From an uncultured Nitrososphaerota archaeon (GTDB lineage: Archaea; Thermoproteota; EX4484-205; JAAOZP01): a DNA stretch of 64,000 bases. The position numbers were made by a program, and so were the translations under genes. Of this stretch, positions 10,008 through 19,627 are shown one piece after another (the first letter of the stretch is position 1; each line of letters opens with the position of its first letter). Location: assembly GCA_964416155.1 (NCBI GenBank), contig CAYQCW010000001.1, positions 32,001 through 96,000 on the forward strand. Direction: 5' to 3'. The notes under the pieces are model-generated. The model saw only the letters and a list, made by a program, of their open reading frames with translations. It was not told the DNA's origin and did no database searches.

Positions 10008-11012
10008 CTAGTGGACGAACCTCTCGGCAAAATGGCATGCAACAAGTCTTGAATCGAAGGCTCTAAGCTCAGGAACTTTTTCCTCGCAAACCTTTTCGAC
10101 ATAGGGGCAGCGCGGGTGGAACTTGCAGCCGCTCGGCACCTGTTCAAGCCGGGGAACCTCGAGGCTCCTAAGATTAGGAGGGGGTCTGCTTCTAGTCAGC
10201 CTAGGATCTGGCAGAGATATGGCTGTCATCATGACTTGAGTGTAGGGGTGTATGGGCCTCTGTATTACTGAGTCGCCCTCTCCAGCCTCAACTATGCTCC
10301 CCAAGTACATCATTGCAACCTTGCCACTGCCTTTAAGAATAAAGTATCTTGCTATTCCCAAGTCATGGGTGATGAAGAGATAAGACATTCCGAATTTCTT
10401 CTGAAGCTCGAGCATAAGGTCAATAGCCCCAAGCCTTAGAGAAGCATCGAGCATCGAGACAGCCTCATCCGCAACAATGTATTTAGGCCTTAGCGAAACC
10501 GCCCTGGCGAGTATTATTCTCTGCATCTGTCCCCCGCTCATCCTCGCAGGATACCTGTTGAGAAAGTCTTCAGGGGGGGTTAACCCAACCATGGTCAAGA
10601 GCTCCCTCAGTCTTTCATAGGCAGCCTTCCGGTTGGGCACTTCCTTGTTCCTGAGCAGCGGAGGAGCCAGAGATTGTAAAATGGTTCTGACAGGGTTTAG
10701 ACTGGTGTAAGGGTCCTGGTGGATTATCTGAGCATTCCTCCTGAATTTGGCAAACTCCTCCTTCTTCATAGACCAGATGTCCTTCCCTTCGAACGGTATA
10801 GTTCCGGAGTCTGGTTTCAGCAATCCCAGCGTCAGCTTGCCAAGAGTGCTTTTCCCACAGCCGCTTTCACCCACTAGCGCCACGTTTTCAACCCTGCCAA
10901 TTTCAAGCGACACGTTGTCAACAGCTCTCACAGCCTTCTTGGGCGAGAATAAACCACCCTTGACGAATTCCTTAGTAACATTAACGATTTTCAAAAGCGG
11001 TTCTTCGCTCAA
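10008..11012 (-). CDS. dppF: ABC transporter ATP-binding protein (DppF-like)
   Basis: GESGCGKST, MSGGQMQR, VADEAVSMLD and C-terminal GCKFHPRCP. Confidence 0.93.
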   Translation of the reverse strand: MSEEPLLKIVNVTKEFVKGGLFSPKKAVRAVDNVSLEIGRVENVALVGESGCGKSTLGKLTLGLLKPDSGTIPFEGKDIWSMKKEEFAKFRRNAQIIHQDPYTSLNPVRTILQSLAPPLLRNKEVPNRKAAYERLRELLTMVGLTPPEDFLNRYPARMSGGQMQRIILARAVSLRPKYIVADEAVSMLDASLRLGAIDLMLELQKKFGMSYLFITHDLGIARYFILKGSGKVAMMYLGSIVEAGEGDSVIQRPIHPYTQVMMTAISLPDPRLTRSRPPPNLRSLEVPRLEQVPSGCKFHPRCPYVEKVCEEKVPELRAFDSRLVACHFAERFVH

Positions 11013-12004
11013 TTCAGCTCATGCCACCTGTGGCACGCCACTAGTGAAACATCATCCACCTGCTCCAGCTTCGGCCTTATCTTTGAACAGATTTCAACCC
11101 TATGTGGACACCGCGGGTGGAACTCGCACCCAGGCGGAGGGTTAACAGGATCCGGCAGTGGACCTGGAAGAGGCTTAAGCTCATCGATGCTTCCAACGAT
11201 GCTTGGAACAGCCTTAAGCAGGGCTCTCGTATACGGGTGCCTCGGCCTGTAGAAAATATCCTCCACGCCGGCCGCCTCAACTATTACCCCGCCATACATT
11301 ACTGCCACTCTGTCCGCAATCTCCGCAACCTGCGCCAAATCATGGGTTATGAATATCATCGATTTTCTGGTTTCCCGCCTAATGTCGACGAGAGTCTTCA
11401 TGAAGAATTTCTGTGTGAGCACGTCTAGGGCTGAGAAGGGCTCGTCTAGAATAAGGAGCTTAGGGTCCAGGAGCATCGCCATCGCGGCCACGGCGCGCTG
11501 CTTCATCCCGCCGCTCAGCTCGTGCGGATATCTTTCGAGAACAGCATCAGGGTCAAGCCTGACCATACGCATAAGCTCCTTTGAGCGTTCAACTATTTCC
11601 TCCTTGCTAGCCTTTTCATTATGAGCGTAAGTAGTGTCAAGCATGTGTTCGAAAACCCTAATAACAGGGTTGAAAGAATTGAAGGCGCCTTGGAAAACTA
11701 TCGCTATCTCCTTCCACCTGAAGCGTCTAAGCTCCTCCTTGCTCGTGCTCAAAATATCCTTTCCCTTAAACATTATTTTCCCGCCTGCAATACGCCCGTT
11801 AGGGTCAACTATCCTAAGTATTGTATGTGCTAGGACTGATTTACCGCAGCCGCTCTCGCCCACTAGGCCGAGAACCTCGTCATCGTAAACATCAATATCA
11901 AGGTTGTCCACAGCCCTCAATATTCCTCGTGGCACCCTGAATTCCACCGTAAGCCCCCTAATGCTTAACAGTACGTCTCTGTTTTTCCCCGCGGCTGATG
12001 ACAA
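11009..12004 (-). CDS. dppD: ABC transporter ATP-binding protein (DppD-like)
   Basis: GESGCGKS, LSGGMKQR, LDEPFSALD, GCEFHPRCP; 4-bp overlap with dppF. Confidence 0.93.
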   Translation of the reverse strand: MSSAAGKNRDVLLSIRGLTVEFRVPRGILRAVDNLDIDVYDDEVLGLVGESGCGKSVLAHTILRIVDPNGRIAGGKIMFKGKDILSTSKEELRRFRWKEIAIVFQGAFNSFNPVIRVFEHMLDTTYAHNEKASKEEIVERSKELMRMVRLDPDAVLERYPHELSGGMKQRAVAAMAMLLDPKLLILDEPFSALDVLTQKFFMKTLVDIRRETRKSMIFITHDLAQVAEIADRVAVMYGGVIVEAAGVEDIFYRPRHPYTRALLKAVPSIVGSIDELKPLPGPLPDPVNPPPGCEFHPRCPHRVEICSKIRPKLEQVDDVSLVACHRWHELN

Positions 12005-12114
12005 GAGTCCATGTGCGACGGAAAGAAGGGCATTAATAAATTTTAAGCGGTTCAGACCGTTAAGCCCAAATAGCGAAGGTAACGTTTATATTTAGACCCG
12101 GCAGCAGGGCTCCG

Positions 12115-12315
12115 ATGGACCCGGATACTGGGAGGCTAGCCCTAAACTTGGCCATGGTTTTCCTAGTGCTCGATTTAATAGCCTTACCATTTACAACAGT
12201 GGGTTCAGGAGAGTTCTACATAGCGTTGATAGGAATAATTATTCTAGCCCTGTTCATAACCCTAGTTTCCCTTGAAATAAGAAGGGAGATAAAAGCGGTG
12301 TCTATTGGCAAATAA
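12115..12315 (+). CDS. Small two-TM membrane protein, unknown function
   Basis: Two hydrophobic helices; TATA-like TTTATATTT at 12085-12093, consistent with a leaderless transcript. Confidence 0.7.
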   Translation: MDPDTGRLALNLAMVFLVLDLIALPFTTVGSGEFYIALIGIIILALFITLVSLEIRREIKAVSIGK

Positions 12316-12330
12316 TCTTAAAAGCTTTAA

Positions 12331-13701
12331 TCACTGTTTCTTTCTAATTCTCCTAATAATTAGGAGCCCGATTACGGCGACGACTACTACAGCCGCCACG
12401 ACTAGGAAAACCCATTCTGGAAGCCCGATGGAAACAGTGGATAAATCTGTTTTAACTTTGTTACCCTTTTGATCTCTTGCCTCCACGTAGTAGGACACCT
12501 CTGTGAAAGCGTTTTGACCAGGTATGTACGCTTCATATCTTCCGCCGGAAAAACCCATTACGAGCTTAGTCCAGCTTGCCCCGCCGTCAGTAGAGTAGTA
12601 TAAAGCCACCTCCCCAACACCTATGCCGATACTTGATACTACGGCAGACACTTTGATAACGTCTCCCATGACAGGGTTTTCCGGGCTTATAGAAATAGAC
12701 ACTATCTCCAGAGAATAGTTACCCGCTACGACGGTAACCTGTAGAGAACCTCCCACATAGTACCTTGGAGGATAGCCTTCCGCAGAAACGCTAAGCGTGT
12801 GGTTGCCCAGAGTAGTGTCCCGGTAATAGACAACGACCTGCGTCTCCCCGTCTCTTATAACTATCCTTTCCACAGGCTCGCCGCTAGGGGCCAGTGAGAA
12901 AACCCCTGTTCCGGATGACGTGGAAATCCTTACGGTTAGTGAGCCTATGTTAATCCAGTCCTGTTTAAATATTCTGTCCCCCCTTGCGACTAGTATGCCT
13001 TCTTGGGAAAGCCTCTTAATCGTTAAGCCGGCCCATTCCCCGGCTACGAGGGGCGTGCCCACTGTAATGTTAAGCTTTGGAGGCGTAAACTCTATGGTCA
13101 AATAAGGCCTCTTATCCTGCTCCCCGGATTCGCTTGAGATGAAAAAAGCCTCCTGAACCTCTTGAGAGTCCTCTGACTTATCAAATATCTCCCAGCCAAA
13201 GTTTGTCCAAGCATGCTCCTCTATTCCGTTTAGAACCTTCTGAACCTGCTCTCTAACATCCCAAACCACCCATCCGGGTGTTGTGGGGACATTGGATGAA
13301 GCGGCGAATGTCGATGAGGACCCAGGCTTTCTATTCCATGTTAACGACTCCTCGTCCCAAGCAGAGTTAAACCTGTAGCAAAGATAAGTTCTCTGCGAAG
13401 CCGGAGGCTTTGAAAGGTAGAGGAAAAGTTTTGCGCTCAGCACAGAAGCCCCCCAGGGGATTGTGGAGAGATTGAAGAAAACACAGGTCCTTGAATTCTT
13501 AGACCCTGAAGACCTCACCTTGAGATACTCGCTCACACCGTAAGAAGCATCGGGATTCTCCTGGTCAACATAAGTGTCGGCGGAAGCTTGGAAAACAGCC
13601 TCAACCTTCTCTTGGTCGCTGCGAACAATTAAAGCAGTGTTTAAAAATGCGATTATCAAAACTGTTAAAAACATCGTTCCACATAATCTTGTTTTAATCA
13701 T
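12331..13701 (-). CDS. Membrane-anchored surface protein with DNRLRE/CBM96-like domain and Ig-like domains
   Basis: Signal peptide; ADTYVDQENPDASYG...FNLSTIP...SAKLFLY...WDEESLTWNRKP...F.SSE...RPYL; C-terminal TM plus RRIRKKQ. Confidence 0.75.
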   Translation of the reverse strand: MIKTRLCGTMFLTVLIIAFLNTALIVRSDQEKVEAVFQASADTYVDQENPDASYGVSEYLKVRSSGSKNSRTCVFFNLSTIPWGASVLSAKLFLYLSKPPASQRTYLCYRFNSAWDEESLTWNRKPGSSSTFAASSNVPTTPGWVVWDVREQVQKVLNGIEEHAWTNFGWEIFDKSEDSQEVQEAFFISSESGEQDKRPYLTIEFTPPKLNITVGTPLVAGEWAGLTIKRLSQEGILVARGDRIFKQDWINIGSLTVRISTSSGTGVFSLAPSGEPVERIVIRDGETQVVVYYRDTTLGNHTLSVSAEGYPPRYYVGGSLQVTVVAGNYSLEIVSISISPENPVMGDVIKVSAVVSSIGIGVGEVALYYSTDGGASWTKLVMGFSGGRYEAYIPGQNAFTEVSYYVEARDQKGNKVKTDLSTVSIGLPEWVFLVVAAVVVVAVIGLLIIRRIRKKQ

Positions 13702-13827
13702 CCCTACTCTGTATAGTCGGCTTGCTAACAGCTTATAAAGATTTCATCTCTTTAAAAAGGTTAGAACCTTTCCAGCCTACGCCTACTTTAAAGATGCGTT
13801 TTAACGCTTTGGATTTTTTAAACCTGT

Positions 13828-14949
13828 ATGGGAAGAACAAAATTTATTAATGCTTCAAAAGCCTGGGAAAACGGTTTGAAGGCTTTGCAACCCTGCTATC
13901 CAAACAAAGAGATCAGGGATAACTATTTAAAGGCTTTAGAATACCGATATCCCGAATGGGTTCCATGCGGGGTTAACTTTTTACCGGGCGTTTGGAAAAA
14001 GTATCGGGAGAAGCTTGAAGCCATTCTGGTTAAACACCCACTTATCTTCGGCCAGTATGAAAAGGGCAATAGGGGTTTCGACGAGATGCCTCCTGTTTAC
14101 AGCCCAGGATTTTTCACGGATAACTGGGGATGCGTTTGGCACACGGTGAAAGAGGGTTTAGAGGGGCAGGTTGTTGGACACCCGTTAGCCGACTGGAAAG
14201 CGTTTGAAAACTATCAGCCTCCCGACCCCTTGTTGAAGTGGGAGAGGGGGGAAAGAGGAGAAGAATATTGGGGGGAAATCAAGAAGGCCTTTGCAGAACG
14301 CAGGAAGAAGGGTTTATTAACAGTGGGTAACGGGGAACGGCTTTTCGACCGCCTATACTTCTTAAGGGGATTTAAAAACCTGATGAGGGATATCGTTACT
14401 GACGAGCCTAACCTTCTAAGGCTGATAAACATGCTTTTAGACTATGAAATGAGGCTCGTTAAGAAGTGGCTTGAAATCGGCGTTGACGTCATAAGCTTCC
14501 ACACAGACATAGGGACGCAGAACGGTTTAATGATAAGCCCCGTGAAATTCCGAAAACACTTTAAACCAATGTTTAAAAGACTTTTCAGCACATGCAGGAA
14601 TGCAGGCGTCCACGTATACCTTTCTTCAGATGGTTGTCTTTTGGATATTGTTGACGACCTGATTGAATGCGGAGTTTCCGTGCACGATCCGCAGCTTCGA
14701 GCGAACACGCTGGACGGAATCGCCAGTGTTTACAAGGGTAGGCTGTGCATCGACCTAGACTTAGACAGGCAGACACTTCCCTTCAGCAGCCCCAAACATG
14801 TTAGAAGAATGGTTGAAGAGAGCGTGGAGAAACTGTATTTGCCGGAGGGCGGCTTGATGATCAAGGGAGAGGTTGGGCCTGACGTACCTTTAGAGAACAT
14901 TGAGGCTTTGTGTCAAGCCATGGAGGAGTTCTGCATAAGGTTAAGATAA
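13828..14949 (+). CDS. Uroporphyrinogen decarboxylase-like (URO-D/MtaA-CmuA superfamily) protein
   Basis: TDNWGCVW, HPLADW, LRGFKNLMRD, DIGTQNGLMISP, LDRQTLP and PDVPLENIEA. Real start possibly TTG 13876. Confidence 0.85.
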   Translation: MGRTKFINASKAWENGLKALQPCYPNKEIRDNYLKALEYRYPEWVPCGVNFLPGVWKKYREKLEAILVKHPLIFGQYEKGNRGFDEMPPVYSPGFFTDNWGCVWHTVKEGLEGQVVGHPLADWKAFENYQPPDPLLKWERGERGEEYWGEIKKAFAERRKKGLLTVGNGERLFDRLYFLRGFKNLMRDIVTDEPNLLRLINMLLDYEMRLVKKWLEIGVDVISFHTDIGTQNGLMISPVKFRKHFKPMFKRLFSTCRNAGVHVYLSSDGCLLDIVDDLIECGVSVHDPQLRANTLDGIASVYKGRLCIDLDLDRQTLPFSSPKHVRRMVEESVEKLYLPEGGLMIKGEVGPDVPLENIEALCQAMEEFCIRLR

Positions 14950-15014
14950 TTCCTAACCATGTTGAAAAACTTTTTTCCTGAAACCGTGAAACTATTTTTA
15001 AAGGATAGAAACCG

Positions 15015-15299
15015 TTTAGCACGCGCCCATTCCTTCCAGCTCCCTGTTCCTGGATCACATGGCTCGAGTCCTAGCTAGAGAAATAACGTCAACTTTAAAC
15101 ATGCTATTATTCCCCCGGCTCCGCTAACTGTTGACCAATATGGTAAACCTTTACGACACCATCCTCTAACCCAAGGTGTTTCTTCAGCCTCGCTTATGCT
15201 ACAGCCTTTATCCCGGTGGAAGGCATTAAGCCGAGATCTATTGGAACCCTGTCCAGCTCCTCATGTCTCAACGCGGTCAGAACCCTGATTTAGAGTCAT
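15015..15299 (-). pseudogene. 5' remnant of a URO-D-family gene
   Basis: Manual translation: ATG ACT at 15299, frameshift, then IRVLTALRHEELDRVPIDLGLMPSTGIKAVA*ARLKKHLGLEDGVVKVYHIGQQLAEPGE**, then FKVDVISLAR and WKEW in shifted frames. Resembles the MTSRERV...EPDRVPIDLG N-terminus. The rest of the gene is absent. Confidence 0.8.
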
Positions 15300-15425
15300 A
15301 CGTTTAAGGAACAGTTTATTGGATCAGAGAAGCGGGATACCGGGGTGAAAACCCTTTAACTCTTAAGAGGTTTTTCTCAAGCATGATCGCAAAACGCTTA
15401 TATTTCATCCAAGAATCTTGGCTGT

Positions 15426-16202
15426 ATGCATCCAGTGGTGGTTGTTGAAGGAGGCTGCCTACCGGAGGTTTGGGAGAGGTCGATAATCGGGCTCTGGAAC
15501 AAGGGTGTGAACATTAGAACAGAATATGGGAACGACAGCAAGGACTGCACGATGCTGATGATAATAAGGAAGCCGTTGTCAGAGCCGAGAATCCATAAGG
15601 CTGGGCTGATGGTTGGAAAGCTTTCACAGCTTGAAGAATATGTTCAGGAGGTTTGCAACGGGATACATGATTCCTACGTTGAAAGAGGGATATGGCCCTA
15701 TACTTATCATGAACGCTTACGCTCTTATAAGTGTTGCAGTGAGACGATTGACCAGATAGACTACATAGTTAACAAGCTTTCTAAAACACCTTACTCCAGA
15801 AGGGCTCAAGCAATAACTTGGAAACCATGGGTTGACCCGAGGATTGAAGACCCGCCCTGTCTCCAAAGACTCTGGTTCAGGGTTTATGGAGACAGGCTTA
15901 TAATGGAAACCTGCTGGAGGTCTAGGGACGCTATGAAGGCTGCTTTCATGAACATATATGCCCTAACGATTCTTCAGAAACACGTGGCGGAAGAGTTGTC
16001 GAAGACGATTGGGAGAACAATTGTTCCAGGCGAATACGTGGATTTCTCCAACTCCTACCACATATATGAACCGGATTTTGAAAAGGCGGAGAACCTTGTT
16101 AAACGCGCTAAGGAAGCAGGATGGGAGACACGCTGCTGGAGCACCGAGCAGTTTAAGAGCCTCGTGGAGATGGAGAACAGGGTTAAGAGGCCCTCTGGCT
16201 AA
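15426..16202 (+). CDS. thyA: Archaeal-type thymidylate synthase
   Basis: YTYHERL, SRRAQAITW, catalytic PPCLQ, WRSRD...FMN and SYHIY; TATA at 15398-15405. Confidence 0.88.
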   Translation: MHPVVVVEGGCLPEVWERSIIGLWNKGVNIRTEYGNDSKDCTMLMIIRKPLSEPRIHKAGLMVGKLSQLEEYVQEVCNGIHDSYVERGIWPYTYHERLRSYKCCSETIDQIDYIVNKLSKTPYSRRAQAITWKPWVDPRIEDPPCLQRLWFRVYGDRLIMETCWRSRDAMKAAFMNIYALTILQKHVAEELSKTIGRTIVPGEYVDFSNSYHIYEPDFEKAENLVKRAKEAGWETRCWSTEQFKSLVEMENRVKRPSG

Positions 16203-17059
16203 ACTGTTTTAGAGATTAGCTCGAGCAACCCCTGCATCGAGACGTATGAAGCAGCGTAGGCGCCTGAGCTGAACTCTTTTCCACCAGGGGTTTTAAGCAA
16301 GGATTCTTCAATGTTCCTCATCACTCGCCAATGAGTCTCTAGGGAAACATAGCCTTCATACATCATCTCCTTCAAGGCTCTCAGGTTTTCCTCTATTTTT
16401 GCCCGGCCGTCTCCGACTCTTAGAAACCTTACTTCAGAACCCTCCTTAACCCCGTCTTTAACATGGACATGTGCTATAAGCTTTCTCACGTAGTTAAACC
16501 CTGTCGGATAAGGCTCCTCACCCTCCTCATCCATCAGCTCATTACCGGGGTCCCAGAGGGCCCTAACGCACCTTGCCCCTAGGGAGTTGATGAAGTCTGC
16601 CAGAATCCTCCCGTTCCCGACAAAGGTTGAAGGCTCGTTTTCAACAATTATCGTAACACCGTGCTCCTCAGCCGCATCAACTATCCTCCCGAACTTCTCA
16701 ATTATCCTCTTCTTGAAATCCTCATACCTCCCTTTTTTCCAGAAGGTAAAAGCCCTAACCAGCCTTGTGTCAACATGGTCTGCAAGCTCAACCGCGCTCC
16801 TAAATATGTTCAAATGCTTTTCATATTCCTCGGTTGAATCAACATCGCATTTAAAGGTGGGGGATGCGATTGCACACACCTTTAAACCATTATCCTTGAG
16901 AAACTTTTTCAAAACGTTTTTCTCGCTAAGAACCTCTGGAAAACCCTTATCCAGTATTGTCCTAATCTCTACAGCATCTAAGTTGAAACTCTTGGCGAAC
17001 CCTCTCACCTCGTGAAGATCTTGGGAAACCTCATCCGTTATGAAGGATGGTTTAAACAT
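16199..17059 (-). CDS. Sugar phosphate isomerase/epimerase (AP endonuclease 2 TIM barrel)
   Basis: Metal ligands VENE, WDPGN, HVHVKD and SLETH. Confidence 0.88.
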   Translation of the reverse strand: MFKPSFITDEVSQDLHEVRGFAKSFNLDAVEIRTILDKGFPEVLSEKNVLKKFLKDNGLKVCAIASPTFKCDVDSTEEYEKHLNIFRSAVELADHVDTRLVRAFTFWKKGRYEDFKKRIIEKFGRIVDAAEEHGVTIIVENEPSTFVGNGRILADFINSLGARCVRALWDPGNELMDEEGEEPYPTGFNYVRKLIAHVHVKDGVKEGSEVRFLRVGDGRAKIEENLRALKEMMYEGYVSLETHWRVMRNIEESLLKTPGGKEFSSGAYAASYVSMQGLLELISKTV

Positions 17060-17080
17060 AACATTAACTCACCTGGCCCT

Positions 17081-18139
17081 TTATTCAACGAGGGGGAGAG
17101 TCACTCTACCCCCGGTTCTATGAGACTTATAGATGGCTAGAACGATCTCCAGCGACTTCCTAGCTTCCTCACCTGGGACTGCAGGAGCCCTGTCCAAAAC
17201 TATTGCCTCGAGAAAATCCCTAACAGCATCATCGTGGCCTATAAACGGGGTTAGCGTCTCCTTTCTTTCCTCAACGCTTCTGACTCTTATCCCGCTTTTC
17301 TCATCCCACTCTTTTGCAACCATTTTATCACTTCCTATGACTGTTGATTTTTTAGTCCCGTAGATTGCGACCCAATCCTCCTGAGGCTGGAGGTTGACAC
17401 TCCCCAGTATAAAGCCTATGGCACCGTTCTTAAACTTTAATATCGAAACCGCGATGTCCTCAGTTTCTATATTATGCATCATGGTGTCGTATATCCCGTA
17501 AAGATATTCGACGGGCCCCATTATCCATTGCAGCATGTCGACCAGATGTATGCTTTGATTTATTAAAGCCCCACCGCCCTCCGTAGACCATTTTCCGCGC
17601 CAAGATTTTGCAACATCATTCATATGATAGTAGGATTTATCCTCCCGGTACCATTTGACAACAGCCTCTCCGTATATCGGGATTCCGAAGTCTCCTCTCT
17701 CAAACTCTTTCTTAACCCTTTGAACATCAGGGGAAAAACGGTTTTGAAAAACCACTGCGAGTTTAACCCCGTTTCTTCGACAGGCATGTATCATCTCGTC
17801 AGCCTGATTCAAAGATATTGCTATAGGCTTTTCGCAGAGAACATGCTTCCCCTGTTCCGCAGCCTTCACCGTTATTTCAGCATGCAAGTGATGCGGAGTG
17901 CAAACGCTTACTGCATCAATATTCCTGTCTTTCAACAACTCTTCATAGTTTCCATAGATACTCGCTTGGAGACTCCATTTCTCAGCCAAAGCCTTAGCTC
18001 TTTCAACCCTGCTGTCAGAGAGAGCTATGATCTCAGCCATACCTGACTTCAAATACCCCGAAACATGAGAACCAGCAACGATACCACACCCGATTACCCC
18101 AACTCTTACTTTTTTTTCGTTCATCCCACTTCGTCGCAC
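17081..18139 (-). CDS. Gfo/Idh/MocA oxidoreductase
   Basis: VIGCG, VCTPHHLH, CEKP and GGGALINQSIHLVD. Confidence 0.92.
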   Translation of the reverse strand: MRRSGMNEKKVRVGVIGCGIVAGSHVSGYLKSGMAEIIALSDSRVERAKALAEKWSLQASIYGNYEELLKDRNIDAVSVCTPHHLHAEITVKAAEQGKHVLCEKPIAISLNQADEMIHACRRNGVKLAVVFQNRFSPDVQRVKKEFERGDFGIPIYGEAVVKWYREDKSYYHMNDVAKSWRGKWSTEGGGALINQSIHLVDMLQWIMGPVEYLYGIYDTMMHNIETEDIAVSILKFKNGAIGFILGSVNLQPQEDWVAIYGTKKSTVIGSDKMVAKEWDEKSGIRVRSVEERKETLTPFIGHDDAVRDFLEAIVLDRAPAVPGEEARKSLEIVLAIYKSHRTGGRVTLPLVE

Positions 18140-18168
18140 AGTTAAATTGGAAGCAGTATATAAAGGAT

Positions 18169-19491
18169 TTGACTGAAAGCATGCACAATATTTATAAGCC
18201 TAACGTCTTTTCAGAAGAAAACATGGAGAAGGAAAAACGATGCTCCATGATTTTTGAAGAGATTCCCAACATTCCACTGGTAGACATACATACGCATCTG
18301 GATCCTCAAGTATTGAAGGCTAAGGATTTATCTGAAATAGTGCTCTACCATTACATCGCCACTGAATTGGTTTCCTCAGGAATGCCTAGGGAAATACTTG
18401 GCTTAGAAGACCCTGTTGAAAGAATTAGGAGAATCATCCCCTTCCTGAAAAACGTGAGAAACACCTCGACTTTCTGGGCTTTAAGAAGAATTTTAAGCCT
18501 TTTTGGTTTCAAAGAGGAATTGACAGAGAAAAGCTTCCCCCTGCTTCTAGACAAATTCACGGATTTTGAAAAAAACTTCAACGGCATCAGTTTCCTGAGG
18601 GAAAGCGTAAAGGTTGAGAAAGCTTTTCTAACGCTGCAATTCACAGATACGGATTTAGATTTCGACACTTCTTTCTTCACCGGCTCTCTACGGCTTGAAA
18701 GAATATCTAAGGAAATCTCGAAGGAATCGTTTAGAACGCTTGAAGACATGTTCTCGCTGAAAGTAAAAAATGCTAGGAGCATGCGGGATGCTGTGATAGA
18801 AGTATTCGACAAGTTTAAGAACCGTGTTTCAACAATCACTATAAGCCTGAACCCTAGTGAACACATCATTATAGATCCTAGAGAAGGACTTGTCGAGGAT
18901 GCGATTCGGAGGGTGGAGGCCGGAGAAAAAATGACCATAGAAGAGAAAAATGCGTTACTATCCTTTGTGGTGAACGAGTTCCTCAAGTTGATTAAGGATG
19001 AAGAGATTGCTTTTCAATTGATGCTGGGTGTTGAAAGACCTGTTGTCGGAGCCTCACCGCCAGACTACGCGATAGTCGCTAATGATCCGAGTCAACTGCT
19101 CTCGCTCTGCCAATTGTTCCACAAGTATAAGGAGATTATTTTTGACCTCATATCTGCAAGCAGGATACAGACCCATGAGCTTGATGTGGTAGCTAAGAAC
19201 TACCGAAATGTTTTCGTCTCAGGTTTCTGGTGGTACTCATATTATCCATCCATAATGATGGAGAGGACTGTTGAGAAACTGCAAATGCTGCCTATGAATA
19301 AGTGGTGCGCTTTCTTCAGCGACGCTCATGTTCCAGAATGGGTTTTCGGCAAGGAGCAGCTTGTTAGGCACCAGCTCGCCCTCACCTTGAGCGATTTAGT
19401 TGAGAAAGACTACATAGATATGGAGCTTGCGTTTGAGGCGGCAAGAAGCCTGCTTTATGAGAACGCGTTGAAAATCTACAATTTGAAATGA
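18169..19491 (+). CDS. uxaC: Uronate (glucuronate) isomerase, amidohydrolase fold
   Basis: DIHTH, YHYIATEL, NTSTFW, GFWWY and FSDAH. Likely start ATG 18223, after TATA at 18191. Confidence 0.78.
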   Translation: MTESMHNIYKPNVFSEENMEKEKRCSMIFEEIPNIPLVDIHTHLDPQVLKAKDLSEIVLYHYIATELVSSGMPREILGLEDPVERIRRIIPFLKNVRNTSTFWALRRILSLFGFKEELTEKSFPLLLDKFTDFEKNFNGISFLRESVKVEKAFLTLQFTDTDLDFDTSFFTGSLRLERISKEISKESFRTLEDMFSLKVKNARSMRDAVIEVFDKFKNRVSTITISLNPSEHIIIDPREGLVEDAIRRVEAGEKMTIEEKNALLSFVVNEFLKLIKDEEIAFQLMLGVERPVVGASPPDYAIVANDPSQLLSLCQLFHKYKEIIFDLISASRIQTHELDVVAKNYRNVFVSGFWWYSYYPSIMMERTVEKLQMLPMNKWCAFFSDAHVPEWVFGKEQLVRHQLALTLSDLVEKDYIDMELAFEAARSLLYENALKIYNLK

Positions 19492-19627
19492 TGGTTTTAA
19501 GCCAGGTCCAGATCTGAGAGTCATTTGATACGTTAAGACATATTTTCTAATCCTATTCTTAATTGCAGACATTTCCCCCAACTACCCGGTTCTATGCAAT
19601 AAGGTTAGCTTAATTTAAAACGAGACT

